A stretch of DNA of 59,556 nt, the filler included. It is 4 parts of 4 records of this genome, joined end to end, with 100 filler letters (N's around TTAATTAATTAA, not from the genome) between each part and the next. Parts side by side here need not be neighbours in the genome. Positions count along the whole stretch, not along the records: positions 13,362 to 43,827 come from DRR723986_1445; 3 more parts are not named here. The stretch is one strand, 5' to 3'. The translations under genes were made by a program, and so were the position numbers. Shown here in pieces: positions 29,270-38,847 of the stretch. Numbering within the stretch: position 1 is the first letter of the stretch; each line of letters begins with the position of its first letter. Under the pieces are notes generated by a model that saw only the letters and a program-made list of their open reading frames with translations, did not search any database and was not told the DNA's origin.

Positions 29270-29530
29270 AAACCCTGATTTAATCGTGGTAATTTTCACA
29301 ACGTCCCTGGCTACGCAGTCAGCGAGCAATACCGTCGGCAGGCGTCTGTGGCCAGGATGTGGGTCGCGACCTTCGAGTCAGTGATCGCATACCTGGGCGC
29401 CAACGCAGAAGTCAGGCGCTGGATGTGGGCCTTCTGGCACTGTGCCTGGGCTGCGCTTGCCGCCGGACTTACCCAGTGTGCTGGCGGCGGCATCGAAGCC
29501 CGCTAATATGATAAATATATAAGGATCAAT

Positions 29531-29974
29531 ATGTTAGGTAGGATTTTGTCAATCTCCCGCTCGCTTACCGCAATTGCCCTGATAGGTCTGTTGGGTGCGT
29601 GTGCAGCGTTCAATAGCCTGTCGCCGGCGAGCGAAAAACTGCTAAAGGAACGGGTCGCTGAGCGCTCAAACCTGGTCTTCGAAGGGCGCTACGACGAGGC
29701 CTGGGAGTACTCTACACCTAATTATCGAAGTGTTTTCTCTAAGCAGTTGTTTGCAAAGCAATTCTCTACAAACCTCGAGCGGCGGTTGACAGGGGTCGAC
29801 ATCCTTGAATATGATGCCCGGGCAGCTGTGGCGAGTGTGGCGGTGAGGGTCATGTCCAAACCGACCAAACAAACGTCTTCAGCATCGGCGGCCCTGGGGG
29901 CTTTACCCGGGTCCATTAATGAGAAGTGGATTCTGATTGATGGGCAGTGGTGGTATAGCGTCAAGGGTCAGTAA
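29531..29974 (+). CDS. Lipoprotein of unknown function (possibly NTF2-like fold)
   Basis: Lipobox LLGAC; AWEYSTPNYR and C-terminal EKWILIDGQWW; AAGGA RBS. Confidence 0.75.
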   Translation: MLGRILSISRSLTAIALIGLLGACAAFNSLSPASEKLLKERVAERSNLVFEGRYDEAWEYSTPNYRSVFSKQLFAKQFSTNLERRLTGVDILEYDARAAVASVAVRVMSKPTKQTSSASAALGALPGSINEKWILIDGQWWYSVKGQ

Positions 29975-29990
29975 TACCATGTTGGATTGG

Positions 29991-30030
29991 TTGACAGCGA
30001 GCTGCAGCTAGCAATAATAGCGCTAGCAAT
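29991..30030 (+). promoter_or_regulatory. Putative sigma70 promoter of the 518-aa gene, with a GCTAGCAAT direct repeat
   Basis: TTGACA (29991-29996), 16 nt, AATAAT (30013-30018); GCTAGCAAT at 30007 and 30022; TAGGAG RBS at 30061. Confidence 0.5.
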
Positions 30031-30075
30031 CTGTACCTTTTGATTGTGAAAAATAGACATTAGGAGTCTCCTCTT

Positions 30076-31632
30076 ATGAAAGCTAACTTTAAGCCTCTTG
30101 GCCTTGCCGCAGCTGTTGCTGCTGTTTCGGCCGGATACGCTGGTAGCACCATGGGTCTGCCGACTGCCACCAACACTGGTGACATCGCGATCGTTCCTTA
30201 CTACACGGTAGAGAACGGCTTCAACTCAGGTGTTCACATTATCAACACTACTGCCGCTACCCAGGTCGTAAAGCTGCGCCTGCGTCGTGGTAGTGATTCC
30301 CAGGATTCTCTGGACTTCAACATCGTGCTGTCACCGCAGGACGAGTGGGTAGGTTCGATCCAGCGTAATGACGATGATCAGATCTTCATCCAAACCGCTG
30401 ACACCTCCTGTACTGCACCCGCGTCCAATGGCGGCAAGTTCTTCATGCCGGACACTGGTTCTGACACCACGGTTGTAAACTTCCGTGAAGGTGCTGACGA
30501 GGGTTACATCGAAGTGATTGGTATGGCCCAGACTTCGGACGAAGCCCAGCCCATCGCTGTTTCTGCCAAGCACTCTGCTGGCGTACCTAAGGATTGTGCG
30601 GACGTACGCAAGAACTTCTTCCGCGTAACCACCCCAGGCGTTGTTTCTGCCAACGGTGTACACGGCCCTGACCTGACGTCCAACGGTACGGCAGTAAGCT
30701 TTTACGTCGATACCCCGGACAATGCGCTGTCGGTCAGCTACTTCTCGCGTGACTCCGATGGTGGTCTGGAATTCGGCGGTAATGCCGTGCACCTGAACGG
30801 TTTCGGCACTGGCCCGATGATGACCAACCAGGAAGTGATCGTGGCTGGTTCTTCAGATCCGCTGGGCTACCTGTTCCCTGACTTGGACGGTGCTCCGCTG
30901 GCACCTAACGTCGGTGCAACAATAGACCCCAATGCGCCTGCTACCCAGGCTACTCGTGGTCGTTTTGATGCAGTTGTGCGTCCGGCTCTCGGTGTCGCTG
31001 GCCTGCTTAACGACTGGTCAACCAACACGTCTGCGGACTTTGAAGTGACCACTGACTGGGTAGTTACTCTGCCTGGCCAGTACCTGATGCTGGATCCGAC
31101 GGCTTACATCACATCACTGTTGGACCCGACTGCACCGTGTGCGGTGAATGACTGTGACCGTCGCGACCTGCCGGTTAGCCTGAGCATCACCTACTACGAC
31201 CGCGAAGAAGGCCGCTTCACCCCCGAAGGTGGCGATCTGGTAGTCTCTCCGGCGATCAACGTTGCGCCTTCTGGTGCGGTCCTCAACAATGAGGTTAACG
31301 TGATCGAGTGGTCAAATGGCTCCAATGATCCGGTACTGGGCAGCAGCTACGCGGTTAGCTTCACCCCGACTGGCCTGACTTCTCAGGTTGGCTGGGCTGA
31401 TCTTACTGTAGCCGCTTCAAGTGCCAAGCAGCAGTCTGTGTACGATTACGTACCGGGCGCGGCGTCCGCTGATCCGGCTTGTGTGGCCTCTGTTGTAGGT
31501 GACCCGAACGCTTGGTGTGACGTGCAAAACACTGCTGTGCCGATCATCGGCTTCGCAGCCTGGCAGCGTAACTTCGGTGACAATGCTGCTGCCAACTACG
31601 GCCGGGCGATTGATCACGCCTACCGTTCGTAA
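30076..31632 (+). CDS. Secreted cell-surface protein, candidate S-layer subunit
   Basis: Sec signal peptide; rich in A/G/S/T/V/D/N, acidic, six Cys; motifs PYYTV, LDFNIVLSPQDEW, EGYIEVI, TDWVVTLP, YDREE, IGFA; codon usage (GGT/GCT/ACT/CGT/TCT) typical of high expression. Confidence 0.7.
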   Translation: MKANFKPLGLAAAVAAVSAGYAGSTMGLPTATNTGDIAIVPYYTVENGFNSGVHIINTTAATQVVKLRLRRGSDSQDSLDFNIVLSPQDEWVGSIQRNDDDQIFIQTADTSCTAPASNGGKFFMPDTGSDTTVVNFREGADEGYIEVIGMAQTSDEAQPIAVSAKHSAGVPKDCADVRKNFFRVTTPGVVSANGVHGPDLTSNGTAVSFYVDTPDNALSVSYFSRDSDGGLEFGGNAVHLNGFGTGPMMTNQEVIVAGSSDPLGYLFPDLDGAPLAPNVGATIDPNAPATQATRGRFDAVVRPALGVAGLLNDWSTNTSADFEVTTDWVVTLPGQYLMLDPTAYITSLLDPTAPCAVNDCDRRDLPVSLSITYYDREEGRFTPEGGDLVVSPAINVAPSGAVLNNEVNVIEWSNGSNDPVLGSSYAVSFTPTGLTSQVGWADLTVAASSAKQQSVYDYVPGAASADPACVASVVGDPNAWCDVQNTAVPIIGFAAWQRNFGDNAAANYGRAIDHAYRS

Positions 31633-31666
31633 GATCAGCTAGTCTGATCTGAGACGTAGTACTAGG

Positions 31667-31699
31667 AAAACCGACGCTCTAGGGCGTCGGTTTTTTTTT
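31667..31699 (+). terminator. Strong intrinsic terminator
   Basis: AAAACCGACGCT-CTAG-GGCGTCGG followed by a T9 run; a second hairpin AGATCAG-CTAGT-CTGATCT at 31632-31650. Confidence 0.9.
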
Positions 31700-31721
31700 G
31701 CTCATGGAGAACCGATAAACA

Positions 31722-32639
31722 ATGAAATACAGCCTCATGCTCCTTGCAACCCTCGCCCTGCTGGCGTCCCAGGTTTCATACTCCGATGCACCTGTAATCG
31801 AGGATGGTGATATCTCCATGTCGCGGGCGGAACTGGAATTTATAATCAAGAATTGGCCGGGCCAGATGCGCCGTGGTGCTGCCAATGACCTTGGACAGCG
31901 TTACGAAGCGCTGAATAAGGCGATGGCCAGTAAGCGCATCGCAAGAGAGGGTGAATTTCTGGAGTTGGATCCTTCCTCTGACGAATACTGGCGCCGAGAG
32001 ATTCTGCTAAGGAGAACTTTGCACACCTTTGTTGTGCAGCGATTCCTGGGCTCTATCGACGTACCTGATATGCGTCCCCTCGCGCGTGAGCGGTATGACA
32101 CCCAGAGGGAGAAGTATGCCTTTGTCCCGGAGAAGCGCCTGTCCTCGCATATCCTACTCGTCTGCGTTGCGGGCAGATGTGATGAAAAGGCGCGCAAGAG
32201 TGAAGCGGAAGTAATACGCGCTCGCCTGCTAGAAGGCGAAAACTTTGCGGATCTGGCCTCTCGACTCTCCGAGGATAGTGGCACCAAGCTTAATGGTGGC
32301 AAGTTCGATACTCTGATTGCGGCTGATGATTCGGCTATCGACAGGGCCTATCGGGAAGCGGTTTTTGCGCTTGAGAAAGTGGGTGACTTTTCGCCTGTCA
32401 TAAAGAGCCGCTTTGGTTATCACGTCGTGAAGCTCGATGAGATTCAACCGAGTTACCACAAGACTTTTGACGAGGTACAAGGTCAGATCATTGCTGACCT
32501 GGCGACTGAGTACCGTGACCTCCAGATTGAGCTGTTCGATGACCAGTACCGGTTCTCCGATGAACTGAAAATGGATGGGGCTGTGCTGGAGGAAATCTTT
32601 GCGCCCTATAAGTCGGGTGCTGCAGCGCCAGCACAATAA
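31722..32639 (+). CDS. Exported PpiC/parvulin-type peptidyl-prolyl isomerase
   Basis: Signal peptide; SHILL, F.DLA..LSED.GT..NGG, SPVIKSRFGYHVVKL. Confidence 0.85.
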   Translation: MKYSLMLLATLALLASQVSYSDAPVIEDGDISMSRAELEFIIKNWPGQMRRGAANDLGQRYEALNKAMASKRIAREGEFLELDPSSDEYWRREILLRRTLHTFVVQRFLGSIDVPDMRPLARERYDTQREKYAFVPEKRLSSHILLVCVAGRCDEKARKSEAEVIRARLLEGENFADLASRLSEDSGTKLNGGKFDTLIAADDSAIDRAYREAVFALEKVGDFSPVIKSRFGYHVVKLDEIQPSYHKTFDEVQGQIIADLATEYRDLQIELFDDQYRFSDELKMDGAVLEEIFAPYKSGAAAPAQ

Positions 32640-32712
32640 TCGGCGTTTTTATTGATCGAATCGGGCGACGACATTAGAGTGGTCGCCCGCACCCCTATGG
32701 CATAATCGTCAC

Positions 32713-35700
32713 ATGTCCACTAAGCCCAACCTCGTGATTCTCGGCATGCATCGCTCCGGTACCTCGATGGTTGCCGGCGCGCTGGTGCGTGCCGGGCTTT
32801 ACCCAGGAAATGCTGACGAACTGCTGGTCGACCAGGAGGACAATCCGCACGGATTCTGGGAGCGAAGGGATGTTGTTGCACTGAACGATGAGATCCTGGC
32901 TTCGGCGGGCGGCGTCTGGTTTGATCCGCCTTCACTCGCACTGGACGTTGATGTGCCGAGGTTGCCGATCGAGGAGATCGTGGCGCGCCTGGGAAGTAGC
33001 CCCTGGTTAATCAAGGATCCTCGCATGGTAATCACCTGGCCCTGCTGGCGTGAACGCCTGGGCGAGGTTGTTGTGCTCTATGTGTACCGAAACCCGGCGG
33101 CCGTGGCGTTATCGTTGCAGCGGAGGAATCAATTTCCGCTAAGCCTTGGCCTGGCGCTCTGGGAGTACTACAACAGGGCGGCTATTGAAGCATTGGCGCA
33201 GCAAGATTCCGTGGCAGTCTCTTTCGATGCAATCTCCGCCGAGCCAGTTCAGGCGATCGAGTCACTGCTTGAACGCCTGGCGGCTCTTGGTCTCGGCGTG
33301 ACGTCAGGAGACCTCAATGGTGTTTATGATAAACAACTGTCCCAGTCATGGCGTGAGCACGCCCAGGACGTCGAACAGTTGATGACGGCGGATCAGTGCG
33401 CGCTGGCTGATTATTGTGAAGCCATGTGCGCTGGCAAGCCGCTGCCGAAGCTGCCACCGGCTGACCGCTTCCTCCAGCAGCGTATTCACGATCTGGCGAC
33501 TGCGCTTGAGCCCCTGTCTGACGCGCGGGAAACACGAACACGACTGGAAGAGCGGACAGACGAGCGCGATGCCTTGCTTGCCCAGCTGAAGTCGGTTGAG
33601 GCAGAGTACAGCGCGCTGCACAAGGCTCACGAGCAGGAGAAAGCGCGTCACGCAGAACTCGCTCGCACCCGCGACCAGTTGGAGAGCGAGCATCTGGCGC
33701 TGGCCGAGGCGCACCGCAGTGAAGTCAGTCGTCATGAGCAACTGGTGACCGAGCATAATCGTCTGGGTGAGGAGTACCGTGCGCTACTTGAGAAAGCCGA
33801 GTTCCTGTTTGAACTGGTAACTCGAACCTTCCACAACCTGCTTGCCTACGAGACGTCCTTCCTCGGCTCTCTCGGCCGCTGGACCCGCCTTGGCTATCGC
33901 TTTGTTACATTCCAGCGCGGGAAAAGCACCAGCTACGAGGATGCCCTGGCCGAGGCACGGCATCACTTTGCCGAGTTTGAAATGGACGTTCCGAAACGTC
34001 CCCCGGGTAAGCTCGCCCTGGCCGGGGATGTGTTCCGCTATGTAGTGGATAACCCGGCGGGTTCCGCGAGAAGCTTCAGCCTGGCGCGACTGAAGCGCGC
34101 CTCCTCGGTTTTCCTGACCTCCAGGCCGGAAGACCTCAAGGTTTGGATCGACAGCCGATTTCCCGACCGGGAGGACGCTGGTCTTGCGTTTGATGCCGGG
34201 TCACTTGACGATGCGTTGGACCATCTCGAGCTCACTTTCCCGGTATTCGATTCGCCGCGGGTGAGCATTATCGTGCCGGTCTATAACGAATACCGGGTGA
34301 CGATTTCTTGCCTGGCCAAACTGTTGGAGCACACATCGGACATCCCCTACGAGGTGATCATTGCCGACGACTGTTCCTCTGACCTGACCGATAGCATCAG
34401 CGACAGGGTCAGGAATGTCCGGGTTGTGCGCGGTGAGCAGAACCGGGGTTTCCTGCGCAACTGTAACGCCGCCGCAGCACAAGCCAGCGGCGAGCATGTG
34501 CTTCTACTCAACAATGACACCGCGCCCTGCGAGGGGTGGTTGGCACCAATGCTCGCCATTATGGATGAGCGCCCCACAGCCGGCATTGTCGGGCCCAAGC
34601 TGTTGTTTGCCGACGGCCGTTTGCAGGAGGCAGGGGGCATTATGTGGCGCGACGGCTCGGCCTGGAACTTTGGTCGTGCCGATGATCCGGAGAAACCTGA
34701 GTATAACTACCTTAAGTCGGTGGACTACATCTCCGGTGCGTGTCTGCTGATCCGGAAAACCCTGTGGGATGACATTGGCGGCTTCGATGAACGCTATGTG
34801 CCCGCCTATTACGAGGACGCGGATATCGCCTTCGAGGCCAGGTCCCGGGGTTACGAGGTGATCTACCAGCCCCTGTCCCGGGTATTCCATTTCGAGGGTC
34901 TTAGCAACGGCACCGACCTTGAGGCCGGTATCAAGCAGCACCAGGTAAGCAACCAGACGGTCTTTCGCGACAAGTGGCAGCAGACCCTGGATGCCTTCCA
35001 TTTCCCCAACGCCGAAAACGTATTCCAGGCCAGGGATCGCTCACGCAATCAGCGCAGCATCCTGTTTATCGACCATTACGTGCCGCACCACGACAAGGAT
35101 GCCGGCTCGCGTTCTACCCTGCATTACGTGAAGCTGATGCTCGCCATGGGTTACAAAGTATTGTTCATGGGCGCCAATTTCTTTCCCCACAAACCGTACA
35201 CCGAGCAGCTGCAGCAGTTGGGGGTGGAAGTACTGGTGGGGGAGTATATGGCGCGCAATCTCGACAAGTGGCTGGGCGAGAACGCCCCCTATATCGATAC
35301 GATCTACCTGCACCGGCCCCATGTGGCCGAGCAGTTCCTGGCCAGCCTGCACCGGATGAAGCCGCGGCCGAAGATTATTTTCTTTGGCCACGATCTGCAT
35401 TACCTGCGGGTGGCACGGGAAGCTGAGTTGTTGGGTGATGCGACGCTGGAAAAGACCTCCGAGTCCTGGCGTAAGCGTGAATATGCGGTGTTTGATAAGG
35501 TCGACACGGTGTATTACCCGTCCCAGGTGGAAGTTGATGCGATCAATGCCAGTCGCGCAGATCTCGATGTCAGGGCCATTCCACTGTACACGCTGGATAT
35601 CGGCGAACTCCCACCCTATGAGCACGAGGGCCGTGCGGATATATTATTTGTCGGTGGCTTCAACCACCCGCCAAACGTCGACGCGGTGTGCTGGTTTGTC

Positions 35701-36204
35701 GATCAGGTTTTGCCGCTGGTACGGGCCGGCCAGCCAGAGGTGCGATTGCATGTGGTCGGCTCTAATCCCACCGATGCGGTGCAGGAATTGCAGAGTGATG
35801 CGGTGCAGGTCTACGGCTACCTGAGCGATGCCGAGCTGGAGGCGATGTATCGTCGGATCATGGTGGCGGTGGTTCCGCTGCGCTACGGGGCCGGGGTAAA
35901 GGGTAAGGTGATTGAGGCGATCCAGATGAATGTGCCGTTGGTTACTACCGCGGTCGGTGCCGAGGGGATACCCGAAGCCGAGCGGGTAATGAGTGTCGCA
36001 GATACCGCTGAAGAACTGGCCCAGTCGATCAGCCGGGTTGTCACCGGCGATCCCGCAAGCCTGGCAAAGCTCGCCAACTATCGGAACTGGCTGGAAGACC
36101 ATTTCAGTACGTCAAAAGCCAGCCAGATAGTGGTAGAAGACTTTGGGCCACCCCGCCGTGAAGTTGCGATACCGGTTCCTGAGAGCATGGGAGCAATATC
36201 TTGA
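32713..36204 (+). CDS. Multidomain protein: sulfotransferase-like, coiled coil, GT2, GT4
   Basis: LGMHRSGTS/DNPHGFWE/KDPR/YRNP; heptad-rich segment; VSIIVPVYN, DDCSSD, LLNND, VDYISGAC, YYEDAD; DKDAGS, FVGGFNHPPNVDA, PLRYGAGVKGKVIEA. Confidence 0.85.
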   Translation: MSTKPNLVILGMHRSGTSMVAGALVRAGLYPGNADELLVDQEDNPHGFWERRDVVALNDEILASAGGVWFDPPSLALDVDVPRLPIEEIVARLGSSPWLIKDPRMVITWPCWRERLGEVVVLYVYRNPAAVALSLQRRNQFPLSLGLALWEYYNRAAIEALAQQDSVAVSFDAISAEPVQAIESLLERLAALGLGVTSGDLNGVYDKQLSQSWREHAQDVEQLMTADQCALADYCEAMCAGKPLPKLPPADRFLQQRIHDLATALEPLSDARETRTRLEERTDERDALLAQLKSVEAEYSALHKAHEQEKARHAELARTRDQLESEHLALAEAHRSEVSRHEQLVTEHNRLGEEYRALLEKAEFLFELVTRTFHNLLAYETSFLGSLGRWTRLGYRFVTFQRGKSTSYEDALAEARHHFAEFEMDVPKRPPGKLALAGDVFRYVVDNPAGSARSFSLARLKRASSVFLTSRPEDLKVWIDSRFPDREDAGLAFDAGSLDDALDHLELTFPVFDSPRVSIIVPVYNEYRVTISCLAKLLEHTSDIPYEVIIADDCSSDLTDSISDRVRNVRVVRGEQNRGFLRNCNAAAAQASGEHVLLLNNDTAPCEGWLAPMLAIMDERPTAGIVGPKLLFADGRLQEAGGIMWRDGSAWNFGRADDPEKPEYNYLKSVDYISGACLLIRKTLWDDIGGFDERYVPAYYEDADIAFEARSRGYEVIYQPLSRVFHFEGLSNGTDLEAGIKQHQVSNQTVFRDKWQQTLDAFHFPNAENVFQARDRSRNQRSILFIDHYVPHHDKDAGSRSTLHYVKLMLAMGYKVLFMGANFFPHKPYTEQLQQLGVEVLVGEYMARNLDKWLGENAPYIDTIYLHRPHVAEQFLASLHRMKPRPKIIFFGHDLHYLRVAREAELLGDATLEKTSESWRKREYAVFDKVDTVYYPSQVEVDAINASRADLDVRAIPLYTLDIGELPPYEHEGRADILFVGGFNHPPNVDAVCWFVDQVLPLVRAGQPEVRLHVVGSNPTDAVQELQSDAVQVYGYLSDAELEAMYRRIMVAVVPLRYGAGVKGKVIEAIQMNVPLVTTAVGAEGIPEAERVMSVADTAEELAQSISRVVTGDPASLAKLANYRNWLEDHFSTSKASQIVVEDFGPPRREVAIPVPESMGAIS

Positions 36205-37028
36205 GATCCGTTCTGCTTCATGGGCATATGTTCAAGAATGCCGGCTCTACCCTGGACTGGTCCCTGCAACGACACTTTGCTGACGGTTTCATCGACCATC
36301 GCCGGGATGACCTGATGCGCTCCCGTGGCGGTGACTACGTGGCTGAGATGGTGCGGGAAGACAGCAGGATTTGTGCTATCTCCAGTCATCACATGCCACG
36401 ACTTATCTCCCCAGTTAAAGATGTCCAATTCGTGCAGGTCTATTTGCTGCGCCACCCGATCAAGCGTATTCGCTCTGTGTACGACTTTGAACGCAAGCAG
36501 CAGGCGGAAACCCCGGGCGCTGTGGCGGCCAAGAAGATGAACTTCAAGGACTATGTCGACTGGCGGATGCAGCGCAAGGTCGCGCCGACCATAAGGAATT
36601 TCCAGTCGCGTTACCTGGCGGGCCGCTTTCCTCCCCTGCATGAAAAGATGAGCGAGCTGGAGTACTTCAAGTTTGCACTGGACACTCTGCACGAGATTCC
36701 GTTTATCGGTGTCGTAGAGCAATACGATCAGACGATGGTCATGCTGGAAGAACTTTTACAGCCCTATTTTCCCGGTATCGACCTGGCGCATGTGCCGCAG
36801 AACGTGACCCGTCGCGGGCTCCATGCCTCCGATGATTCCAGGGATGTAAGGGGCGTACTGGAAAGCCTGGGTGATCTCCAGGAGCGAGTGATAGAACACA
36901 ACAGTTTCGACCTGGCCCTGTATGAGGCTGCCTCGTCGCTTCTCCACAGCCGTCTTGAAGCCATCGACGATTTTGCTGAACGACTCAAACAGTTCAAGGG
37001 CCGCTGTCGGTCCTTGCGCAAGAGCTGA
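36201..37028 (+). CDS. Sulfotransferase family 2-like protein
   Basis: 5'-PSB-like HMFKNAGST, 3'-PB-like LRHPIKRIRSVY, N..DLALY; start overlaps the upstream stop. Confidence 0.75.
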   Translation: MRSVLLHGHMFKNAGSTLDWSLQRHFADGFIDHRRDDLMRSRGGDYVAEMVREDSRICAISSHHMPRLISPVKDVQFVQVYLLRHPIKRIRSVYDFERKQQAETPGAVAAKKMNFKDYVDWRMQRKVAPTIRNFQSRYLAGRFPPLHEKMSELEYFKFALDTLHEIPFIGVVEQYDQTMVMLEELLQPYFPGIDLAHVPQNVTRRGLHASDDSRDVRGVLESLGDLQERVIEHNSFDLALYEAASSLLHSRLEAIDDFAERLKQFKGRCRSLRKS

Positions 37029-37084
37029 CCTGTGCAGCGGGTAAGTCAACAGATTGAAGAGTCGGAACTGCGCGGGTTGGCAGT

Positions 37085-38098
37085 ATGAAGTGTGTCATCC
37101 ATATCGGCACAGAGAAGACCGGATCTACCGCCTTGCAGAACTACCTGCACGAACGAAGGACGAGGTTGGCGGGGTCTGGTGTGCATTTCTGTAAAACTGC
37201 GGGCCCCAGGAATAACCGCGCTTTGCCGGCAGCTTTTGTTTCTGAGGATCGAGAGGATGATTACATCCGCAGAAGAGGCTTTGCGTCACCCGTAGAGCGT
37301 GCCGCCTGGCGTGATGAGGTGTTGGAGAACGTTCGTCGCGAGATTGAGGGCGCTCGTTGGTCTTGCGACACGTTCATCCTATCCTCCGAGCACTTCCAGT
37401 CCCGGCTCTGGCGACCGGACGAAGTCGCCCGCTTCGCCGACTTCATTAGCCCATTATTCGACAGTACCGAGGTTGTCTGTTACCTGCGCCGGCAGGACAG
37501 GATGGCCATCAGCCTCTACAGCACAGCGCTGCGGGCGGGGCATGTTATCCATGGATTTCTGCCTGCTAAGCAGCGGGCGAAGAGCCGCTCAGGCTACTAC
37601 GACTTTGATAGCCTGCTTGATCGCTGGGCTGCTGCCTTTGGGGAAAATAGCATTAGCGCACGCGAGTATGCCGAAGATTCGCTGGTCGGTGGTGAGATAG
37701 TCTCCGACTTTCTCGCGCTATTGGGTCTTGAGCCCGATACCGGCTATCAGGCGGCAAAACACAATGAAAGCCTCTCGGCTGATGCCCTGCAGGTATTGCT
37801 CTTCGCCAACGAATTCCTTCAATCAGGCAACCCCAGGCAAGCCCTGGAGGTCCGAAAGCGACTGGTCAATTTCCTGCTGCGTGAAGGTCAGGGTCCGCGG
37901 GCACTTCCGGCACTGTCTGATGTCGAACGATTCATGGGGTTTTTTGAGCAGAGTAACCGGCGCTGTGCCAGGCGCTGGTTTGATCGCGATGAATTGTTTG
38001 ATAGTGATTACAGTGCATACCCGACTGAGGCCTATACGGGCGACCCGACACGCATTGTTGAATTGTTGCGGACGTTTTCCGCGAAGGAGTCACAGTGA
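37085..38098 (+). CDS. Sulfotransferase-like P-loop protein
   Basis: IHIGTEKTGSTALQ, ILSSEHF, YLRRQD...SLYS, NESLS. Confidence 0.7.
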   Translation: MKCVIHIGTEKTGSTALQNYLHERRTRLAGSGVHFCKTAGPRNNRALPAAFVSEDREDDYIRRRGFASPVERAAWRDEVLENVRREIEGARWSCDTFILSSEHFQSRLWRPDEVARFADFISPLFDSTEVVCYLRRQDRMAISLYSTALRAGHVIHGFLPAKQRAKSRSGYYDFDSLLDRWAAAFGENSISAREYAEDSLVGGEIVSDFLALLGLEPDTGYQAAKHNESLSADALQVLLFANEFLQSGNPRQALEVRKRLVNFLLREGQGPRALPALSDVERFMGFFEQSNRRCARRWFDRDELFDSDYSAYPTEAYTGDPTRIVELLRTFSAKESQ

Positions 38099-38847
38099 GC
38101 TGGGGTGTCGCGCAGCAATCTGCAACGTCAACCGGCACCGGTCCTGAGCAGATGCTGATTTCAGTCCACCTGCCCAAAACCGCTGGCTCGAGTTTTGTTG
38201 CCGCGCTGGAGTCGCATTTTGGCGACGAGTTGCGCAAGGACTATGCCGACGTGCCGATGAATCGCTCCACGCCCAGACGCAACCTCGCTGCCCTTAGGCG
38301 CGCCTTGATGCTCTCGGAGGTAGGCATTCCCTCTGGAATCCGCTGTATCCACGGCCACTATATGCCCCTCAAGTACCGCCTGATGCACAGCCCGGCCAGC
38401 AAGGTCTACGTAACCTGGATGCGTGACCCGGTGGAACGCCTGGCCTCACACTACTTCTACTGGCGGCGCAGTTTCCAGCCCGGAGAATCGGCGCGCCTGC
38501 ATCGCCGGGTAGTGGAGGAAGACTGGTCCCTTGAACGGTTCTGCTTCAGCAGGGAAATGCGCAACACCTATGCAAAGTTTCTCTGGGGATTTCCCCTGTC
38601 TAACTTTCATTTTGTGGGCATCACCGAGCAGTTTGAAGAGGAGATGCAGCGCTTTTCGAGCCAGATTCTTAAACACCCTCTGCCGCCGCTGCAGCTGAAT
38701 ACCAATCCGACAGGCGGTCGCGGTCCCTATATTGATGACCCGGATTTCCGGCAAGCTATCGAGCGTTATCACGCGAAAGATATGGCGCTCTACCACCAGG
38801 CGCTGGAGATGCGGATACCGTTCTTTGAGGCCCAGGCGCGTGCCTGA
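38095..38847 (+). CDS. Sulfotransferase family 2-like protein
   Basis: HLPKTAGSS, IHGH, RDPVERLASHY, FVGITEQF, DMALY; alternative ATG at 38152. Confidence 0.78.
   Translation: MSWGVAQQSATSTGTGPEQMLISVHLPKTAGSSFVAALESHFGDELRKDYADVPMNRSTPRRNLAALRRALMLSEVGIPSGIRCIHGHYMPLKYRLMHSPASKVYVTWMRDPVERLASHYFYWRRSFQPGESARLHRRVVEEDWSLERFCFSREMRNTYAKFLWGFPLSNFHFVGITEQFEEEMQRFSSQILKHPLPPLQLNTNPTGGRGPYIDDPDFRQAIERYHAKDMALYHQALEMRIPFFEAQARA

Noticed and set aside
29270-29530. 260-nt gap after gspD with a 60-aa minus-strand ORF
   Set aside because: No RBS or motif support and no clear RNA structure; left unassigned.
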